From the NCBI GenBank assembly GCA_044225505.1, contig JBGAIN010000063.1, positions 1 through 42,775 on the forward strand: a stretch of 42,775 bases of DNA, read 5' to 3'. Positions 38,603-42,775 of the stretch are shown here, piece after piece. Every line of letters starts with the position of its first letter. Position 1 is the stretch's first letter. Under the pieces are notes generated by a model. It saw only the letters and a list, made by a program, of their open reading frames with translations. It was not told the origin of the DNA and searched no databases. Both the position numbers and the translations under genes were made by a program. Source of the stretch: Limisphaerales bacterium (lineage in GTDB: Bacteria > Verrucomicrobiota > Verrucomicrobiia > Limisphaerales > SIBE01).

Positions 38603-38675
38603 ATCGATTCCACCAACTGCGCCAAAGTGTCTTCATGCTCATCACATGCGGACGTTGGCCGAAAGATTCATATTG

Positions 38676-39953
38676 CTACGCGACTGATGTTACTCCGACT
38701 TTCAGGGTTCGGCGGGCCGCTTCCGCCTTAACCGCATCGATAATAGCGGATGCCTGCTCAGCCAACTGAGGGATCTCCGCTAAATCACTAACTTCGGCCT
38801 GTAATAGGTCCTCCAAACTTTTCAAGCCATGATGAACCAGCACATCTGCCTGCTCCCGAGTTATCCCGGGAATTGCCGCCACGGCATTTACCGCTTGCGC
38901 GACCTTCTCCTCAAATCCCATGGTCACGACCGGTTCATGCTCAATATCCACGTGCCATCCGGTCAGTTTGGACGTTAGTCGTGCGTTCTGACCTCGCTTA
39001 CCGATCGCCAAAGAGAGCTGATCCTCACTCACGAGGATCTTCACACGTCGACTGGAATCGTCAATCTCGAAAGCTTTTAGCTTGGCAGGAGCTAACGCAT
39101 TCGTGATGTAAGTCTTGATATTAGGGTCCCACTTAATAATGTCCACCTTCTCGTTGTTCAGCTCGCGAACGATGTTTTTCACACGCTGTCCGCGAAGCCC
39201 CACGCAAGCACCCACCGGGTCGACCTTATCATCCCGCGAATAAACTGCCAGCTTTGTCCGAAACCCAGGCTCACGCGCGATCCCTTTGACCTCAATCGTC
39301 CCGTCACTGATCTCAGACACTTCCAACTGAAAAAGCTTTACGACAAACTGCGGGTCCGCACGAGAGAGAATAATTTCAGGACCATGCGCGGTATTCTCAA
39401 CCGCCTTCACATAACAACGAATACGTTCGCCAACCTGGTACTCCTCAGTGGGCACACGTTCGCGATTTGGCAACAGTGCTTCATACTTTCCAAGATCGAT
39501 CGTCACGTCAGAGCGCTCAAATCGTCGCACGGTCCCACTCACAATGTCCCCTGCCCGATCCTTGAATTCCGCGTAAATCAATTCCTTTTCTGCTCGCCGA
39601 ATATGCTGCATTAGCGCTTGCTTCGCATTCTGCGACGCAATCCTACCAAAATTCGCCGGAGTCACCTCAACTTCAACTTCATCACCCAACTGCGCATCCG
39701 CTTTAATCCGACGGGCATCGAAGACAGAAATCTGGTCGTGTTTCGATGTCACCTTTTCGGAAACGACCAGTTTTGCAAACGCCTTAATGTCTCCGTTTTT
39801 CGGATCAATGGCGCAACGAAGCTCACGCGCCGGACCGACAGCCTTTTTGGCTGCAGACAACAACGCCTCTTCGACCGCCGCAATGAGGACTTCCTTGCGA
39901 ATCCCCTTTTCGCGCTCCCAAAATTCAATAACGGCTAAAAACTCGGCGTTCAT
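38676..39953 (-). CDS. nusA: Transcription termination/antitermination factor NusA
   Basis: 'FGRIASQNAKQ', S1 domain, 'AREPGFRTK', 'DPVGACVGLRG', 'LSLAIGKRGQNARL'. True start is ATG 39953. Confidence 0.97.
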   Translation of the reverse strand: MNAEFLAVIEFWEREKGIRKEVLIAAVEEALLSAAKKAVGPARELRCAIDPKNGDIKAFAKLVVSEKVTSKHDQISVFDARRIKADAQLGDEVEVEVTPANFGRIASQNAKQALMQHIRRAEKELIYAEFKDRAGDIVSGTVRRFERSDVTIDLGKYEALLPNRERVPTEEYQVGERIRCYVKAVENTAHGPEIILSRADPQFVVKLFQLEVSEISDGTIEVKGIAREPGFRTKLAVYSRDDKVDPVGACVGLRGQRVKNIVRELNNEKVDIIKWDPNIKTYITNALAPAKLKAFEIDDSSRRVKILVSEDQLSLAIGKRGQNARLTSKLTGWHVDIEHEPVVTMGFEEKVAQAVNAVAAIPGITREQADVLVHHGLKSLEDLLQAEVSDLAEIPQLAEQASAIIDAVKAEAARRTLKVGVTSVA

Positions 39954-39979
39954 AAGTTTTGCATCCCCATCCGGGGAAC

Positions 39980-40010
39980 AAAAAAGTCGGCAGAAACATC
40001 TCCGACTTTG
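39980..40010 (-). terminator. Intrinsic-terminator-like hairpin in the nusA 5' leader (attenuator candidate)
   Basis: Minus strand CAAAGTCGG-AGATGTTTCTG-CCGAC-TTTTTT, between the promoter and the nusA ATG. Confidence 0.7.
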
Positions 40011-40050
40011 TCTCGCTGGCAACCCAGCAATAGAATCTTGACTGCTCCAA

Positions 40051-40079
40051 AACATAATTTCCACACCGAACCACGTCAA
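40051..40079 (-). promoter_or_regulatory. Sigma70 promoter of the nusA operon
   Basis: Minus strand TTGACG-N17-TATGTT. Confidence 0.7.
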
Positions 40080-40178
40080 GCCCAGAAACATTCCGCGTTT
40101 ACGCTCCTCGGATCGATCGGCCACGTCTCTTGCAAACGGAGGACCCCAGATTATCGTGAATGAACCAAAGGAGGATCA

Positions 40179-40727
40179 ATGAACGAAACTGAACCTACCC
40201 AAATCGCAGGGAACCCAGACGATCACCTCGACCCGATAACGGGCGCCCCAGGAGCACATCCCGTGGGGACAGGCGTCGGTGCGGCAAGCGGAGGCGCCGC
40301 CGGCGCAGCGATCGGAGCCGCAGTTGGCGGGCCGATTGGAGCGGGCATTGGGATTGTCGCGGGAGCGGTGATTGGCGGCCTGGCGGGTAAAGGCGCTGCG
40401 GAAGTGGCGGATCCAACCGCTGAAGATGCCTATTGGCGCGAGAACTATCGCAAGAGCAATTACGTTGGTAGTGACTCCGTCTATGAGACTTACCAACCGG
40501 CTTACCGGGTCGGTTATGAAGGGTATGGCCGCTACGCCGGACGCCAGTTTGACGACGTGGAAGCAGACCTGCGCCGAGATTATGAACGCATCACCGGTCG
40601 CATCGGTATCCCTTGGGAAAAAGCGAAGCCTGCAACCCGGGACGCCTGGGACCGTGTCGAGAAGACAGCTACAGGCAAGGCATTCAACCCGATTCCAACC
40701 GACTCCGGTTGCGGATGTAACTCATAA
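40179..40727 (+). CDS. Glycine-zipper-containing conserved hypothetical protein
   Basis: Strong RBS AAGGAGG. 'HPVGTGVGAASGGAAGAAIGAAVGGPIGAGIG...', 'DPTAEDAYWRENY', 'WEKAKPATRDAWDRV'. Confidence 0.85.
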   Translation: MNETEPTQIAGNPDDHLDPITGAPGAHPVGTGVGAASGGAAGAAIGAAVGGPIGAGIGIVAGAVIGGLAGKGAAEVADPTAEDAYWRENYRKSNYVGSDSVYETYQPAYRVGYEGYGRYAGRQFDDVEADLRRDYERITGRIGIPWEKAKPATRDAWDRVEKTATGKAFNPIPTDSGCGCNS

Positions 40728-40750
40728 GATCGCTGGGGGCAGCTTACCGA

Positions 40751-41176
40751 TCAACAGGCTGCCTGCCGAGACGAATGCGGATGGAGGCAAACAATGCTGA
40801 ACGGCAGACTGACCAGTTCTTCTCCGTCCACCTCAATTCGAACTGCATAAGGTCCGAAATTGTCGAAGCGTAGCGATTCCAGGTTCAGGATTAGATGTCG
40901 CACCAGAGGCACGTCTTCATGTCCTAAGGGCGGTGCCGCGAACTTTTTCGAGAATTCTGTGCTGATGGGAAGCCCATCCGCATCGACAATCTGAATTCGG
41001 AGCTTCTGCTTTCGAAGCTTTTCGTGCCCCTCCCATCGAAATCGCACGGCGACAGTGCATTTTGGGTGCACGTAGGGCAAAGACGTTGCCCAAAAGTAGT
41101 CGATTGTCCCAAGGATATGCAGCCTGCCTCCCACGTCGACAGCTGCATCGCATAACGCCACCAAATCAATTTTCAT
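40751..41176 (-). CDS. Small beta-sandwich protein, DUF6941-like
   Basis: 'ALCDAA...GRLHILGT.D', 'IVDADG', 'FDNFGPYAVRIEVDGEEL.SLPF'. Start at ATG 41176. Confidence 0.75.
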   Translation of the reverse strand: MKIDLVALCDAAVDVGGRLHILGTIDYFWATSLPYVHPKCTVAVRFRWEGHEKLRKQKLRIQIVDADGLPISTEFSKKFAAPPLGHEDVPLVRHLILNLESLRFDNFGPYAVRIEVDGEELVSLPFSIVCLHPHSSRQAAC

Positions 41177-41440
41177 GCTCGCATCAGATCGGTTACGCGA
41201 AGGCGACACGAGCATTCTGGCAAGGAGCTTTCCGACTTCAAAACGCTGTGCGCCGCCTAAGCATCTCCGCTAAATTGCGGGAGAACCGCCGAACCGCCGC
41301 ACTAAACACCCTAACAGGATGCCCCCACGGCAGCAATCGGAATCTCTGATGGCAGTTCGGATCGGCACGGAGATTTCATCGGTGAGGCTTGTCGCTCGGA
41401 GAGGCGTGATGGGCGCTTGGCAGCCGATTCAATCATCATC

Positions 41441-41461
41441 GGAGCGCGGAATTCATTCCGC
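41441..41461 (+). repeat. REP-like hairpin
   Basis: GGAG-C-GCGGAAT-TC-ATTCCGC: a tetranucleotide foot plus a 7-bp perfect stem. Confidence 0.5.
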
Positions 41462-41535
41462 CAGGAGCCTCGCATGGCGGACAGTGCCCGGAATCATCCG
41501 TAGCGTCCCCTCCCCGCGCCCGTTCCGGCGGACCA

Positions 41536-41811
41536 GGAGCCGGTTGAAGAATCAGCATGGGCGCTGCGGCGAGGAATTTTGGTTGCAGCCAAGGCGGCGA
41601 GGCCCACGCATCCCCGCAGCGGGCTGTAAGGGCCGAGCCAACGCCGGATGCAGGCAAAAGACCTGCCGTCCGCAGGATTTCCAAGGAAAAGGCCGACTGC
41701 CTTTGTTGCTCCCTCGGTCGCAGCCCGCTGCGGGGATACTCCCTCGCTCGCGCCTCGCCACTCAGCCTTTTCCTTGGAAACATCGCTCATGCCGATTCGT
41801 CAACCCGCTCC
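41536..41811. mobile_element. MITE-like 276-bp non-coding element with 28-bp imperfect terminal inverted repeats and internal perfect inverted repeats
   Basis: 41536-41563 matches the reverse complement of 41784-41811 at 24/28. Internal 17-bp IR (41610-41626 / 41721-41737) and 16-bp IR (41678-41693 / 41765-41780). No credible ORF. Confidence 0.7.
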
Positions 41812-41858
41812 GCGAGTCCGCGTTCCCATGAAGTTGTGGGGCCTGGAGGCTCGGGGGA

Positions 41859-41942
41859 GATTACGATTACGAGTAAGATTACGAGTACCTGTACGATTAC
41901 GAGCAAGAGCCAGAGTAAGAGCAGGATCAAGAGTAAGAATGA
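41859..41942 (+). repeat. Degenerate hexamer microsatellite (GA[T/G][T/C]A[C/A]), 14 units
   Basis: gattac gattac gagtaa gattac gagtac ctgtac gattac gagcaa gagcca gagtaa gagcag gatcaa gagtaa gaatga. Confidence 0.85.
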
Positions 41943-41981
41943 GAGGGCAGATCGCAGGAGCCTCTTCCTTTGGTAACTCAC

Positions 41982-42004
41982 TTTGGGAACGGACCGTTCC
42001 CAAA
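41982..42004. repeat. Perfect palindrome with 11-bp arms
   Basis: TTTGGGAACGG-A-CCGTTCCCAAA. Confidence 0.8.
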
Positions 42005-42119
42005 CGATCTACCCCCTCATCTTACGCAGCGCGACGACGTCGCAGACCAGCCGTAGCATTGTTCAGTCAGCCGTTCCTCCCCAATAGCCCGAGCCTAACG
42101 CTGCCGCTCATCGCTCCCC

Positions 42120-42416
42120 TTACCACCTTTCCGGCACAGGATCATGATTGAGATTCACCCCCAAATGGAGCCAGGCCCCTTCCGCATCCCGGGCGACAGG
42201 CAAGCCGCACGCCCGACATACCACTCTCGATTCCAACTCCACGCGATCCCGCGGTGCCCAGTTCAAACATAACCGCCCTTTGCCCAGAGTTGCCCGGGAT
42301 GGAAAGGTGCAAGTTCCTTCCTCTTGAAACCGACAATCGTCCGTGGCACAGGCTGGCCGGCGATAGTCGTCGCTCATACAACACGTCACGACAGAGTTCT
42401 GTAACAGGGTTTGCAT
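42120..42416 (-). CDS. Small Cys/His-rich hypothetical protein (phage-like, possible Zn binding)
   Basis: Starts 12 bp after the upstream gene's stop. Motifs C-x4-C, 'CRACG' and 'WLH...H'. Alternative start at 42377. Confidence 0.5.
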   Translation of the reverse strand: MQTLLQNSVVTCCMSDDYRRPACATDDCRFQEEGTCTFPSRATLGKGRLCLNWAPRDRVELESRVVCRACGLPVARDAEGAWLHLGVNLNHDPVPERW

Positions 42417-42428
42417 ACGAATCTCATC

Positions 42429-42775
42429 TCAAACAACCACCTCACGGTTCTTTTTCTCCAGAAAATCAGGGACGCCATTCTGGTTCTGATCGAGTTGGCC
42501 TTTGGTGTAGGCATATAGGATCAGAACCGCCACCACCCCAAAAAGGCTCAGCCCCCCCAGCAAAATCGCAGAGCCATAATCTGGCAACGTCTGCGCCAGC
42601 ACGACCATGCCAATTCCAATTGCGGCCGCCAGCCCCGCTTTCGTCCACCAGCCAAAGTAGACCAACCCGCCCGCCACCAGGGTCATCATCAAGATCCCAG
42701 CCCACATGACAGGTTGCAGGGATGCAGCTTTGCCCGCCCATTCACGCAACGCATCCTTCTGCGCTCCGCCAATCG
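42429..42775 (-). CDS. Membrane protein (5'-partial) with ~3 TM segments and a C-terminal DxNxNGxPD loop
   Basis: Frame is open to the window end (IGGAQKDALREWAGK...). Hydrophobic helices follow, then 'LDQNQNGVPDFLE'. Confidence 0.75.
   Translation of the reverse strand, partial: IGGAQKDALREWAGKAASLQPVMWAGILMMTLVAGGLVYFGWWTKAGLAAAIGIGMVVLAQTLPDYGSAILLGGLSLFGVVAVLILYAYTKGQLDQNQNGVPDFLEKKNREVVV

Noticed and set aside
39954..40124. 57-aa N-terminal extension of NusA
   Set aside because: It spans the promoter and leader hairpins. NusA similarity starts at MNAEF (39953).
41319..42151. Several overlapping 60-170-aa ORFs (e.g. ITITSKITS, RLRLRVR)
   Set aside because: They are translations of the MITE-like element and microsatellite in multiple frames, with no family motifs.

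Overview
GC-rich bacterial window, most likely Verrucomicrobiota (Pedosphaerales/Limisphaerales-like). This is inferred from the gene families, a nusA with no rimP upstream, an S-x-D-L-x-x-W...FFRV C-terminal domain and the repeat style. Left third (+ strand): a 5'-truncated >2200-aa membrane protein built from two duplicated halves, an MBG-repeat surface protein with a P-domain, tRNA-Ser(CGA), and an ECF sigma factor paired with a Ser/Thr kinase-WD40 protein. Middle: a lipoprotein, a PQQ-like beta-propeller, potABC without potD, and a histidine kinase and OmpR-type regulator arranged tail-to-tail with the same CTTCAT-N5-CTTAA box upstream of each. Next comes a ~16-kb co-oriented minus-strand run: nusA-infB-rbfA-nrnA-truB-ribF-moxR-DUF58-DUF4381-batA-batB/C-batD-GH30. 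It is headed by a sigma70 promoter and a terminator-like nusA leader. Right end: two small genes, a ~0.9-kb non-coding patch (REP-like hairpin, MITE-like element with interleaved inverted repeats, hexamer microsatellite, perfect palindrome) and two phage-like small genes at the edge. Frameshifts in infB, batB/C, batD and potC look like long-read indel errors. All family assignments come from motif recognition by eye; no searches were run.
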